Shown here piece after piece: positions 38,393-51,506 of a stretch of DNA of 64,000 bases; position 1 is the first letter of the stretch, and each line of letters opens with the position of its first letter. The translations under genes were made by a program, and so were the position numbers. This DNA is from Camelus ferus (lineage: Eukaryota): NCBI RefSeq assembly GCF_009834535.1, contig NC_045697.1, positions 46,688,001-46,752,000 of the forward strand, in the 5' to 3' direction. A model generated the notes under the pieces. That model saw only the letters and a list, made by a program, of their open reading frames with translations, was not told the origin of the DNA and did not search any database.

Positions 38393-41057
38393 TTCTTGCT
38401 AATACTTTCATTGTAAGTATGACAATTACTCAATACTTGATCTTTCTTTCACTTTATAGATGTGGCAACATTTTAGCCATCCTAGAGATATTTATCTCAG
38501 GAATCTCAAAAATTGCCAAAAAGATATTCCTTAATACTTCAGTGATAACTGCTTTAGATTTGTTTTCATTATGTCTTATTTTCTTAAAAGCAATGAAGTA
38601 ACTGTTTTCAAAAGCTCTCTCAGGATCTCACATTAAAAAAATGATCATTTAAAACCATAATTCACATTTCTTGTTTTCCAGTCATTGCTAAAACAAAATC
38701 CTTCTTTTGATGTATTAAATGCAGTGAAGCAAGGCATTTTGTTGGAATCTTGCATCAGATCCATTGGATAAGAAATATTTCCTCTTGTAAGTCACATGGC
38801 CTCAATGAGGCCCATTCAGCTTGGGATAAGATAATATCCATGCTAATAGGGTAGAGAGTGATAGATGCAAAAACACTGGGAAAAAATGACGAACATCTGA
38901 AAAGTTGCCAAAACCAAAAATCCTGCCTTGCGTAAAGAGAAACCAGTGAATTTGTAAACACAGAAGTTGTCAACATTACTCCATACTGCTTTGTAAATTG
39001 TAAAATGCCTGTGAGGAAGTTGTGCCAAAAGCAAGCATTTCAAAGTAACAGTTTACATTGTGTCTCTCCATGCATTGACTGTATTTAGTGTATCATGCAA
39101 GTACGTATCCCAGAAATACCAGTGGGCTAGATTCTCCCAGCTGTACATCTCCCTGTGTGAAATAGCTTATATTTTTTCTTGTCAGGATACTTCAAGGAGA
39201 ACATTATGAAAAATGACCATCCAAGTAAATGGAATGACAGCATGTCTACTAAAGGATGCATGATGGAACTGAGGAATTTTCCAAAGGGTTCATCACATTT
39301 TTCAGAAAAAAGGAATTTAGAATACTGCTTTCAAAAAAAAAAAAAAAGGCAGAACTCTAAACACTTACTTGCGGATGTGTCAGAATTCCTTTTTATCAGA
39401 TCTGTTTAATATAGGTAATTCCACATGAGATTATGTCTGATGTACATTTCCCTATGAGTTTTAATCTCTTAATGTGCTCAGTAGAAAAAAGATTCACACA
39501 GGACATCTGAAGTCTTACTCCCAGTGCTATTCTGCACTGAACTTGAACAAGTTGCTGGAACTTCTCTGAGACTCCATTAATTCATTTTTATAGTAAGAAT
39601 AATAATGTTTCCCTTAGCATCTTCATAGAGTAATCATGAGTTTTGGTCAAAAAGTGCAGACATGTGAAAAGCAAGAAATATAGATACAAAAACATTTCAT
39701 TCCTTGCACCTGGAAGGTGTGGAAGCAGGCTCCACACCTAGACATAGTAACCACTCAATAAATATCTGCCAATAAATAATTTACTACTAACATCTGAGGA
39801 AAAAATGAAGTGAAATTACTTCTATGTTGTGCTGTCTGATGATATTTTGGCAAAGTCAATGAAACAGTGGAGCAATTATGTAAAAATAATGCAGGCCACA
39901 AAGTGAACTATCATCCAAAAAAGGAGTTTTCTGCCTTTGGATTAACTTTTCTGCATGGATTTAATCTGCAATAACTTGACAAGCCATTTTACTTTTTCAA
40001 TGACTATAAGATCAATATAACTGTGAAACAGACGACAAGAAATTTGCTCTAACATAATAAGGCCAGAATTAATCTCTCCCAGTGGATTACAGAATCAGTT
40101 AACAAACAAGAGGTATCAACAAAGAAGCAAGACTGAGATCAGTCATCCTAGTGTCAGACAGATGAAAATATAACGGAGCAGAACTAGGAAGTCAGTAGAC
40201 AGACAAGTGGGGCAAAAAGCAACTGGTTGACTGCCTCTAGCAAAAATTCCAAAATACAGTGAGAACAAGTAGAACATTCACCAAGCAGGGTAGGCAGCTG
40301 ATGGTGATTTAATTATAGATTCTCTTAGCTGTGATCACCTGGGCAAACAGCAGCAGTTAGATAAAAATGAAATGCGGTAACTAGATGTTCTGACCAGGAA
40401 ACACAACTCCTGTAAGATGTGGGGACAATATGGGGGCCAAGTGAATGAAAACATGAAAGCATGCAGCAAGGAAGCCTCTAAATGAGGCCCAAGAGAGTAA
40501 CCCGCCCTAGGAGACCCTAGGAGAAAGGGACCAAAATTCACTACTGAACTGATTCAAGGATGGCCCTTGCACCACTGCCAAGACCACCCTTATTGTATCC
40601 TTTCAGTGCAGGCCGGGGTTGGGCCTCGGGCTGAGGAGAAGCAAGGACCAAAGAGGAGAGTTAGCCCACATGCTAAGAAGAGAATGCCACAGGCCTTTAA
40701 TTACAAGGTCTTCCCCAAATGATTTCCAAAAAACAGAACTTGCACAAAAGCCTGGCTACAACAGAATGATAACGCCAGAACAGGAAAATTAGAATGAGTT
40801 TTCTCTCAAATATAGGCAGAAAAATCAGGAATAAATATCTTCTAATAGGTAAATTTTTAAATTATTCATTTTTCTAAATTTTATTCTGAAGAATAAAAAC
40901 AAGTCTACTAGAATCTAGTAATGACAACCATATTTTCAGATACTGCAAAGCATAATCAATAACATATTAATTGACTACTTATACCATAGAAATGTATTTT
41001 TAATTCATCCATCCAGTGAAGGTTAATTAAATTGTATTTGGAAAACACTTTAATTAG

Positions 41058-41340
41058 ACGACTAAGAACATGGGCTCTGGAACCAGACTGCCTGGGTTCC
41101 AATATAAGCTCCTCAATCATGTGACCCTGAACAAGTCACATAACTTCTCTGTGCCTTGGTTTCTTATCTGTAAAAAGAAGACTAATAATAATATTTACCT
41201 CAAAATTATAATAATATAATGATATATACATGTTTATAATAATTATATTAATATATGTTGTTACATATTGTTATACATATAATACATATAAGGTACTTAG
41301 AATAGTGCTTACCACGTAGTAAGCATATTATATGTTGATT
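41058..41340 (+). mobile_element. MIR SINE with internal AT-rich expansion
   Basis: AAGAACATGGGCTCTGGAACCAGACTGCCTGGGTTC…TGTGACCCTGAACAAGTCAC…ATCTGTAAAA. Confidence 0.85.
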
Positions 41341-41404
41341 AATATTGTTGTTATTAACGTATCTGCCATATATTCAAGAAATATATTGAGTCTCCAATAG
41401 GCTA

Positions 41405-41700
41405 GATGTTACAGGCAGGATTCTGAAAGACAGACACTGAGACAGTGCTTGCTGTGTCAGATGTTTACGCCAACATAGCTGGAAAACGAGGAGGAGGAAA
41501 CAGAATTGGGCAGAGGGAGAAGCTGAACTTCACTGCAGGTCCAACAAAGCCCTGGCCAACGTAAAGGGGAACTCCGAAACATACCAGTCCATGAAAACTG
41601 TTTCACCATGAGCTGAAATGGTCAGACCTTTATGCCTCAACTGTGACCAGTCAATAGTTGGGGAAACAAGTCCTTATTTAAAGAGAGATCTTGACAGCGC
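41405..41700 (-). mobile_element. LTR33-like ERVL LTR
   Basis: AGAATTGGGCAGAGGGAGAAGCTGAACT…GACCTTTATGCC…GACCAGTCAAT matches antisense LTR33 as I recall it. Confidence 0.7.
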
Positions 41701-42159
41701 ATCTCCAAGACCAACGCACTAGGTGATGAACAAATCAAAATGGAACATTTGATCTCAAATGACTCATAGCTAATGGAACAGTCATTCAATACAATATGAA
41801 ACTTCAATAGAAATAGGTACAAGAATACACAATACATATAAGGGCAACCTTCTTAATTTTCTTAGCCTGTGTATGGTAAGACATAAAAACTATCACTTTC
41901 ATACACACTGTTAATAGATACTCTACAAAATAATTTCAAATATTAATCATTTATCCAATAAACTGTTGACTACCCCTCTAACGTAAAAAAGTACTACAGG
42001 GGAGGCTACACAAGATAAAAAGTTGTACATGAAACCATTCCTTCAGTCAGGGAGATGAAGATCTATCAGGAAAAATAAAACATCTAACCATTTGCAATAC
42101 AAGGTTGATTGTAAGTGCCAACCTAATAGTACAATGGCTGATTACTGACTGACTAGGAT

Positions 42160-42334
42160 GGTGTTTCCCAGACTTGCCTGAGCATAAAATTCTCCTGGAG
42201 CCTTTGTTAAATTGTTAGGCACTAATCCAAAACACTGAGAGGGAATCACTGAAGAAGAAACAAGGAACCTACACTTTAGCCAGCTTCCAGCACTCTAATG
42301 ATTCTTACGACCAGTCAAGTTTAGGAAGCACTGG
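42160..42334. mobile_element. MER5-family MITE
   Basis: GTGTTTCCCAGACTTGCCTG…GATTCTTACGACCAGTCAAGTTTAGGAAGCACTG. Confidence 0.65.
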
Positions 42335-42399
42335 TGTCATAGGAACATCACCTTAAAACATGTGTCTTGGTGTATCATTGGCTGACTTAGTGACTTGGG

Positions 42400-42730
42400 C
42401 ACGGGCCTGTCCCTAAGATTATGGGAGCAAAGGCAAAAGAACAAATGTAGGCCTTATGCCATACATCTAAATATTTAAAGTTATAAATCAAATTAACAAA
42501 ATGTTAAATAAAATGTGATCTACTCTATTACACTTTGACAATAAATATTATAACAACCTACAAGGTTCAAATTTAGAATTCTCAGACTCCTCAGATTTTC
42601 CTCTGGAGCATGGAGGCGTGGGGAAAACAGACCTCTGGATCCCAGCCCACAGCCCCTCTCTTCCCATCCCTAACTGCTGTCCAAATGTGAGGGGCCTCAA
42701 GTCACAGGTGTAGACTCTTGGTCCATGTTC
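42400..42730. mobile_element. MER115-like hAT-Tip100 element
   Basis: AAATATTTAAAGTTATAAATCAAATTAACAAAATGTTAAATAAAAT…GGTTCAAATTTAGAATTCTCAGACTCCTC. Confidence 0.65.
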
Positions 42731-43599
42731 ATGCAGCTCCATGAAATACCTGATGTAGGTGTGATTATCTGCATTTTATGGAAGAGGAAGTTGAGGCTCA
42801 AACTTGTGAAATAATGTACCTAAGTTCACACATCTAGGATATTTGGAGCCAGAGCCACAAAGCAAAAAAAGGAGGAAGAGGGAAAAAAATATGGTCAATC
42901 GTCCTCATTTTTCTCATTCTTTCACTTTCCTACCTCCTTGCTGAAAACAGCATTTATGCTTTATTCCTTACCGTTTTTCTCAAATTCTTGGAGAAAAATG
43001 TAAAGAAAAAGAAATAATATTTTTTAAGATTTCTCAATGAATACTAGGCAAGTGGCTGTGGACTATCAGGAAACTAGAGATGCCAAAGAAATTGGGTCAG
43101 AAATACACCTGATCAACAATGGGTAGGGGGTTGTGCCACAGGAGCCATATTTGCCCTGAAGTTTCAGTAGTGATGTGATTACAAATCAGAATCCTTGAAT
43201 TGAATTGATATAACATCAAAATATTTGGGTAGTGCTTTGAGTATCTGGCAATATATACTGTAAGGAATTAATCTCTATCTCACATGAATTCTTTCAATAC
43301 TTCATCTTCACTGCTGTTCTGCACTTGACACTTTCTACCTTGTTCTAGCTTGTAAATTAGTTAACTCTCTGCTTGCTACATTGTTCTTCCTTGACCACCT
43401 AACCTTGAAAGGAAGATTTATGTCTTATGTATCCTTGAACATCCCAGCACTTAGCCCTTTACCTTGTAAGTAACATTTAAATAACAATTAAGTGTTGAAT
43501 AAAACCTAGGATAATTCTTTCCACACACACAAAAAATTTTCAGAGATATGAAATGCCAACTCATTTCCAAACACTATGTTATATAATTATAATACAGCA

Positions 43600-45560
43600 G
43601 AAAATGCAAAGCTAAAACAGAAGGAAGCACAGAAAAAGAGACTGCCTAGACTGGGAAGACCTACAGCGGGAGGGCGCCTTAGCTGATCCTAAGTGATGCA
43701 GAAGCACTTGGCTATGCAGAGGGCTGGAGGAAAGATGGAGGAAGGATGTCACAGAAGTACAGCAAGAGCCAAGCCCAGAGAGAAAAAAGAGTTGATGATC
43801 CTTCTTTCTGAACCCTTAGTTCAGTGCTGCAAAAATATAAAATATGATTTTTAGATCTGCAGGATATGAGGCTAGAAAGGAAGACATTTTCCCCAATTCA
43901 GAGGATGTTACATGGCATGCGAAAAAGCTTCAAGTTTAACATACACTCACTGAGGAATCTTTGAGGGGTTTACCTAGAAGGGCAGCATAGTCAGATATAC
44001 ATAGACACACAGCTGGCTGTTGCATGGGTTTGGATTTGATGCATTCAAAACTGAAGGTAGAAAGGCTTTCAATTGGAGGCTGTTATTGCAGCACAGTCTG
44101 GAGATGGTGAGGGTTAAAGAGATGAGCCCAAGTGTGAGTCCTCACACTAGAAAATAGAGTGAGATATTTAAGAGTGAAAAAAAACGGCTGGACTTTGAAA
44201 CTCACTGAGTTTGGAGCATATGGAAAAGGAAAGAGTCAAGAATGACTCAGAGCTTTCTGACTGAGTGATTATAGCCAAGAATTGTGTCAAAAATGAAGAA
44301 AGGGAGTCAGGTTTAGAAAGAACATGAGTCTTTGGATATACTGAACTTAAAAGTAGGTCACACTGATATGAATGTACAACAGGCAGCTAGTAATGTTATG
44401 CGTGAGCTTGGGAAAGATCTGGGTTGTAGTTACAGTTTTGTATGCATATGGATGTCAATTTGAAACCCTGGGACAGAGGAGTCACCCAGTAAGTACATGA
44501 TATGGCATGTACAGTGAGGACAACTAAAACCTCCAGCATGGACAGGTGAAGAAACAACCAAGAATGAGAGAAATTAGCTGAGAAATCAGAAAACTGTAAT
44601 GTGTTAGAAGCCAGGGATAGGAAACTTACAAAAGGAGTGAGCAATTAACAAGACTGAATGCTGTAAAGAGAGTAAATAATATAAAGACTGGGAAGTATGA
44701 ACGGAGTTGGGAACTAGAACATCATTGTTGACCTTTGCAAGAGCATTTTCAGAAGGCCAGTTAAAGGAGAAAATCAAATTGCAATGCGTTAAATTGTGAA
44801 ATGAAAGAAGAGTAAAATGATGAGACAAGACTACTTAGGAAGTAAGATCTGAATGAAAAAGGGAGGTTTAAGACAGTAGTAACAGAAGGAGGCATAGGAT
44901 TGAAGGGACTTTTTTCTTTTTAGTTTGAGAAAGGATTGAATATTTTTAGAGGTTGAAGTGCTGATGGTAAAAATTTAGTGATATTTTGAAAACAGTTAAA
45001 ACATATTAAACACATTACATGGCAGGTACTGCACTAAATGTTTACATGTAGCATCTTATTTAATGTTTACAAAAATTCTATGAATAATTATTTTTACAAA
45101 GAAGGATGCTAAGGGTGATAAAGATCAAAAGAAACTGCTAATGGTTACAGAATTAGTAAGTAGTAGAGTAGAATCAGAGCCTAGTTGGCCAATTTAAAAG
45201 TTCCTGACCACTACTCCGTAATGTCTTTAAAAAGGAGACCAAGATTGATGATACAGTTGGATTAATAGTGAAGGGACAGGTGGGATGGGACAATGTCAGG
45301 TGGAGAGGTGAAACGGGTACCTAAGATAACTCACTCTCTGAGACTGGAGGACAAAAAGGAAAGGCAGGCTTTGTTAATACATATGTCTGTAGCTCTCAAA
45401 CAGGAAATAAGAAAAGGCAATTTCTTTTTACCCCAATTTTGTCAATGAAGTGATCGTGCATAGCACTTGGCTTGGGGTAAGGGATGAGTGTTGAGTAGAG
45501 ACTTGATGAAGACACGTTAAAGATACTGAGAAATAACCAAGTACAAGTGTAAGAAAAACG
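43600..45560 (-). mobile_element. L2 LINE, antisense, with a MIR near 45010-45210
   Basis: GGAAAGAGTCAAGAATGACTC…TTTGGATATACTGAACTT…TCATTGTTGACCTTTGCAAGAGCATTTTCAG. Minus-strand ORF 44604-44828 (…PSENALAKVNND) resembles the L2 RT 'STETALxKVTND'. Confidence 0.8.
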
Positions 45561-45636
45561 AGTGCCCATAAAAGAGAATATTAATCGGCATGGCTGTATG
45601 ATTTCTACCAGCATGATTCTTGTGTGGGTGTAAAAC

Positions 45637-45810
45637 TGAGCTGGGCAAACTTTCTCTGTAATGAGCCAAATAGTAAACATTGGAGGCTGTGTGGTCCACC
45701 TGGTCTCTGTTACAACCACTCAGCTCCGCTTCTGTAGTGTGGAAGCAGCCATGGACAACATGTAAATTTAAAATTACGGCTGTGTTCCAATAACATTTTA
45801 TCTACAGACA
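45637..45810. mobile_element. MER58A hAT MITE
   Basis: GGCAAACTTTCTCTGTAATGAGCCAAATAGTAAA…GTCTCTGTTACAACCACTCAGCTC…GGCTGTGTTCCAATAA. Confidence 0.85.
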
Positions 45811-46049
45811 TCTACCTAAGGATTCCAGTTCCTTATTCACAGCTCTGCCTGCGACTCAGTGGACCTTTGTTACTGTAACAGTTATAGTCTAAAACTTCGT
45901 CTTGCCATACCCTACTCATCCATTCAATAAACACTGTGCACCTGTAAATAATAATAATAATAACAACAACAACAATAATAATAATTTCTATGGTTTCTTT
46001 TTTTCTAACTAGATTCAATGACAGATACACTAGGGCTGCTTAACCCCCG

Positions 46050-46370
46050 TTGCTCTGCTTTGACTGGTCTTTCTGAAAGCAGTTGTATCTCCTCCAACTC
46101 TCTTTGCACATCGTCTCCCTTGCTGATCCCAGCTCCCATAGGTCTAGCTCCCTTCAGTAAGCCCTGCCTCTGCACTCAGAATGTTGCCCTTTCCAGCTTT
46201 CTCTTCAGTCCTGGGGATGGTAGCAACTTCTTGTTTTTGCTAATTTTCTCACCATTCCCTGTTAGGTTTTTGGCTCAGCCATCATGTTTCAGTAATTCTT
46301 TATATTAAATTCAACATGTTTTAAATACCTAGTGTGACTCTGTTTTCTTAACTGAACCCAGACTGATATA
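46050..46370 (+). mobile_element. ERVL LTR fragment (LTR40/41-like)
   Basis: TTCAGTCCTGGGGATGGTAGCAACTTC…TTGCTAAT…CTGAACCCAGACTGATATA. Confidence 0.6.
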
Positions 46371-47076
46371 ACCAGGGAAAGTATAGTTCAGATGATCAGT
46401 CATGAGATTTAAGCTGGACAGGAGCGAGAGAGATTAAGAAGGAATCTGTTGGAGAACACACAGAAATCCTAATAATTATAAACTTCATGGGGTCAAAACA
46501 GGTGCCTTTGGAATAAAGAATAAGTAAGTTGTTTTGACAATAGAAGGTTTCAAAAAGAAAGTGAGAGAGTTGAGCTTTTGTTTAAAGAATGATGAAATAT
46601 AATTTAACATATTTTCTATCAAATTTATTTAAGGAAATTTTAGTTTAAAGTGAGGAAACCAACTCAAGCAGTAAGAACAAACAGGAATAAAATTGCTTAT
46701 TTGCAAAGTCACTTTTAAATGAACATTAAAATTGTTATTTTCCAGCTTTATCAAATTGCCGTTTAAAACATATTGTAAAGGAAATTGCTACCTGCTCTTA
46801 TCAGATGTTCTGCAAATATTCAGCATCACTTGGTATATATTAAGTCACTATGCAAAAAAAAGCACTGGATCTCAAACATATTTCTCTTGCCAATTTTTTT
46901 TAATTGAAAACAAATTTTGTCTATCAAGATCACTGTGATTATTTTTAATTAACTTTCTTAAGATTTAACAAATTTCCATTTTGGTATAAAACTCATTACA
47001 GGGTTATCACTAGATACTGCTAGTCAATTATAAAATAAGAACTGAGGATCTCCTGATTTTCTCATCTTTAAAAAAA

Positions 47077-47194
47077 TTTTTTAGTACATTTATATTTTTA
47101 TTGAAGTATAGTCAGTTTATAATATTGCATCAATTTCTGGGGCATAATGCTTCAGTCATACATTAACATACATAGATTCATTTTGATATTCTTT
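47077..47194 (-). mobile_element. Very short camelid-like L1 3' end
   Basis: ATTGAAGTATAGTCAGTTTATAATATTGCATCAATTTCTGG is the antisense of the L1 end at about 30540-30582. Confidence 0.8.
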
Positions 47195-47289
47195 AATAGA
47201 AGAGTCTAATAAAAATTTTGCTTTTTTGACAGGTCACATAGTAACATTAGTTATTTTGTTAAAAGAATTTCATTTCTGAATTTACTGAA

Positions 47290-48530
47290 GTGTTTAACAA
47301 ACTGCATTTTATTTGTTTATCTTCATTGGCCTCTCCAAAGTATCAGACAAAGTAGATGATCTGCTTTTCACTGAGCTTCCAGAATAACACACTGTCCTGG
47401 TTTTTTCCCTAATTTTTTAAATCCACTCTCTAGTTCCTTCACTTTTCCCAAACCTATTCTTATTAAAGTGTCCCAACATTCGGTCTTTGGATCTTTTCTC
47501 TCCCCATCTGCATTCATTCTCTCATTCTCTACAAGATCTCATTTAGCTCCATGGTTTTACATACCATCTATGTACCTCTCATCATCCCAAAGCACATCTT
47601 CACCCCAAGCCTCCCTTCTGAACATCACACTCCTATAACCAGCTGCCTAGTTGGCATTTCTACTTTCATGTCTAATTTATGTCTGAAACTGAACATGTCA
47701 AGAAAGAAGCTCCCACACCTGCTGACCCACAGTCCACCCTCCCTCTCTTGATGACAACTCCTTCCTTCCAGTTCCTCAGCCCAAAATCTCAGAGTCATCC
47801 TTGGCTCCTCTCTTTTCCTCATATTTCACATATAATCCATCAACATACCCAACTAGCTCTACCTTCAAAATAAATCTAAAGTTTGACCACATCCTACTAC
47901 CTCATCCAAGGTGAGTCCCCAATGGGAACACACAGTCCATTCATAAGTAACTGTGGTTATGTAAGAATGAAAAAAAAAGTTATCTATAATATATGCACAT
48001 TGCCAAACAACTACTAAATTTGGACAAAAATACTTATCAAGTTGTTTGTGACAACTTCATGAATAGAACTGGTTAGATATTTCTTTTCGTCTAGAGACAC
48101 TGGGGTGGGGACAGACACTGTGAGCTCCATGAAACTAAGAAGTTTAGGAACATCTGTTTCATGTGTTTTACCACTTTAGGGCCTTTATATCCTGTTCTCT
48201 CTGTCTGGAAAGCTCCTCCTGTATTGCCAACTTCATTACTTCCTTTAAGTCTCTGCTCAAATGTCACCTTTACCACCTCTGACCATCCTATTTAAATGGC
48301 AACCTGTCCCCCACCTCCGTCCTTGCATTTCTGATCTTACTAACCTCATTCAATTTTTCCTTCACATTAGACATTGCCTCAAGTAAACTTATAAATTTTT
48401 TATGTTTATTGTTATTCTTGCTAGAATACAAGGGGGGGAAATGATTTGTTTTGTTTCCTGACATATTTCAAATGCCTAGAACATGCCTGGCTCACAGTCA
48501 GTACTCAATAAATGTAGTGCAAGGAATAGA
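47290..48530 (+). mobile_element. L2 LINE in two pieces separated by about 250 bp of other sequence
   Basis: AGCTGCCTAGTTGGCATTTC…AAACTGAACATGTC…GAGTCATCCTTGGCTCCTC; 3' end TCTGCTCAAATGTCACCTT…GCCTGGCTCACAGTCAGTACTCAATAAATG. Confidence 0.85.
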
Positions 48531-49359
48531 TTTATTTCAAGATCTACAAAAGTGGCCATGCAAAGAGGGAAAGGTAATCGAAAAGATCTATTAACTTCGC
48601 ATATGCATTCAAAATTTCATGTGCCTTTTGATATTTAGATGGGACAAGAGGGTAATTTCCCTGACTCCCAGTCCAAGGATTCTCATCTACATAACATAAA
48701 ATGAAATGCATCTTCCCTCAAAAGGGAATCCAAAAGGAAAAAAAAAAAAAATGCTTGTGTTCTATTAGCTTTGTTATCCAGGATGGTGAAGATGATGGAA
48801 AAATTGTAGGAAAGATAACAAGATTAAAAACATTAAGTGGGAATAATGCCATTATTATAAAAGTTTTCTTAAGTACAATTATTTACTAGATATACTTATT
48901 GATCTTTAATAATGTGCAAGCTGCAGTATTAAAAACTGTATGAAATATAAAGGCCCCAGGCCCCACTCTTAAAAAGTGCATACTGGGAACATAAACAGTT
49001 GCTAATATAGATGGGAACATTCTCAGTGCCCTGAGACCAGTACAGACAGAGTGAATGGGGTTAAGAAGAAAGAAGAGAAAAGAAGAATTTGGAAAACTTC
49101 AAGGAGAATTTAAGCAAGGCTTTACAAAACATTTAGAATTTAGAAATGCACAGATTGTGGGGTGGGAGGGGGAATGGGTCTTCCAGGCAAAGAAGAGAAG
49201 AAATATTTTTAAAGAAATTACAAGATAAAGTAAGTCTTGTTTGGGCAGTTGTGGGTAGATTTATATAACAGTCCCTAACCATAAATATAAATATGTAAAT
49301 CTGCCTTCATTAATTTGAAGGATTTTGAATCACTTTATAATGTCCAATGTCTTAGTACT

Positions 49360-49711
49360 TGTACCTGTCTTGGGCTCGTTTGCCCTCACATTCACTCCTT
49401 GCCTTCCTCCTGTTCTCTCTGAAATGCAGGACAGACCCCAGAGGGCTGTAACCGCCAGGCTTCTGTCTAGGGTTGGCCATTAGGGGCCCTGGAAGAAAAA
49501 TAGAGAGTTAAGAGGAGGGGAGAGACTAGAGCATTCTCGCCTCTCTCTCTGCCTCGAGCATTACCTCTGGCAGCCCCTGTGTTTCTTGTGAGGCTTCAGT
49601 GTTTCCAGGCCCTGGATGGTTCCAGCTTCCACTAGGTAATCCCATCTCTGTCCCTGCTACTACTACTTCTTCCTTCTGTCCCTCTACAGTTGGTTTCTAA
49701 GGAGTTTCCTA
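49360..49711 (+). mobile_element. ERVL LTR (LTR41-like), 5' part
   Basis: GGCTTCTGTCTAGGGTTGGCCATTAGG…GGAGGGGAGAGACTAGAGCATTCT…CTCTGGCAGCCCCTGTG. Confidence 0.55.
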
Positions 49712-51035
49712 CTTTTTTCAATTATTTACTTATTATTTTTTTAACTGAAGTATAGTTGATGTCCAATATTGTATAAGTTACAGATGTACAATAATATAGT
49801 GATTCACAACTTTTAAAGGTTATACTCCATTTATAGTTATTATTAAATATGAGCTATATTCCCCATGTTGTATAATATGTCCTTGTAGTTTATTTTATAC
49901 CTAATAGTGTCTACCTGTTACTCCCTTACCCCATCTCACCCCTCCCATTTCCTCTCCCCACTAGTAACCACTAGCTTGTTCTCTGTATCTGTGAGTCCGC
50001 TTCCTTTTCATTTTATTCACTAGTTTGTTGTATTTTTTACATTCCACATATAAGTGACATCATACATTGTCTTTCTCTGTCTGACTTACTTCACTTAGCA
50101 TAATGCCCTCCAAGTTCATCAATGCTGCTGCAAATGGCAAAATTCCATTCCTTTTTATGGCTGAGTAGTATTTCATTGTGTATATGTGTATGTGTGTGTG
50201 TATATATATACACACACACACATACACCTATATACATACATACATATATACCTATATACCACATCATCTTTATCCATTCATCTGTTGATGGATACTAAGG
50301 TTGTTTCAATATCTGGGCTTTTGTAAATAATGCTTCTGTGAACACTGGGGTACATGTATCTTTTTGAATTAGTGTTTTTGTTTTGTTTTTGTTTTTGTTT
50401 TTTCAGATATATAGCCAGAAGTGGAATTGCTGGATCATATTGTAGCTCTATTTTCAGTTTTTTAAGAAACCTCAGTGTTGTTTCACACAGTGGCAGCACC
50501 AATTTATATTCCCACCAATGATGTACAAGGGTTCCCTTTTCTCCACATCCTTGCCAATGTTTATTATTTCTTTTCTTTTTGATTATAGCCATTCTGACAG
50601 GTGTGAGGTGATAATTCATTGTGGTTCTGATTTGCATTTCCCTGATGATTAGCAATGTTGAGCATCTTATGTGCCTGTTGGCCATCTGCATTTCCTCTTT
50701 GGAAACATGTCTATCCAGTTCTCCCACTCATCTTTTAATCAGGTTGTTTGTTTTCTTGATGTTGAGTTGTATGAGCTGTTTTATATATGTTGGACATTAA
50801 CCCTTCATCAGTCATATCATTTACAAATATTTTCTTCCATTCAGTAGGCTGTATTTTCATTTTGTTGATTATTTCCTTTGCTGTGTGAAAGCTTTTAAGT
50901 CTAATTAGGTCCCATTTGTTTATTTTTGCTTTTATTTACTTTTTTTAGGAAACAGATGCAAATAAATATTGCTATAATTTATATTGGAGTTTATTTTTCT
51001 ATATGGTGTTGGAGAATGTTCTAATTTCATTCGTT
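49712..51035 (-). mobile_element. Cetartiodactyl-type L1 3' part, antisense
   Basis: T-rich tail at the left end; minus ORF 50278-50727 is the ORF2 C-terminus ([31 protein letters not shown]…YDPAIPLL). Confidence 0.93.
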
Positions 51036-51339
51036 TAGAGAAGAGTTAATTCCTATCCTTCTCAAACTACTTGAAAAATTTGCAGAGGAAAGAACACTTC
51101 TGAACACATTCTATGAGGCCTGCATCACCCTGATATTAAAACAAGACAAAGACACTACAAAAAATAAAAATCACAAGCCAATGTCACTGATGAATATAGA
51201 TGCAAAAACCCTCAACAAAATATCAGCAAACCGAATTCAACAATACATTAAAAGGGTCATACACTTTGATCATGTGGGATTTATCTCAGGGATGCAAGGG
51301 TTTTTTAATACCTGCAAATCAATCAATGTGATTCACCAC
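51036..51339 (+). mobile_element. Inverted L1 ORF2 RT-start fragment
   Basis: ORF 51181-51402 begins [53 protein letters not shown], the L1 RT N-terminal part. Confidence 0.93.
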
Positions 51340-51506
51340 GTGAAGACAAAGAGGAGAACACAGCCATTTACAAGCCAAGAAGAGAGTCCTTGGAGGAAAT
51401 AACCCTGCCAATACCTTAATCTTAGACTCATAACTGTGAGAAAACAAATTTCTGTTGTTTAAGCCACCCAGTCCTTGGCACAGGCAGCCCTAAGCAAACT
51501 AACACA
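51340..51506 (+). mobile_element. MLT1 LTR, 3' half only
   Basis: CAGCCATTTACAAGCCAAGAAGAGAG…AACCCTGCCAATACCTT…AACTGTGAGAAAACAAATTTCTGTTGTTTAAGCCACCCAGT…GCAAACTAACACA. Confidence 0.85.

Noticed and set aside
40550..40575. U6 snRNA-like GGATGGCCCTTGCAC
   Set aside because: Short partial match with no flanking U6 similarity.
47908..48100. Insert within L2 that may be a DNA transposon
   Set aside because: I could not assign a family or find convincing inverted repeats.
50278..51402. 149-aa and 73-aa ORFs as genes
   Set aside because: Both are L1 ORF2 fragments.
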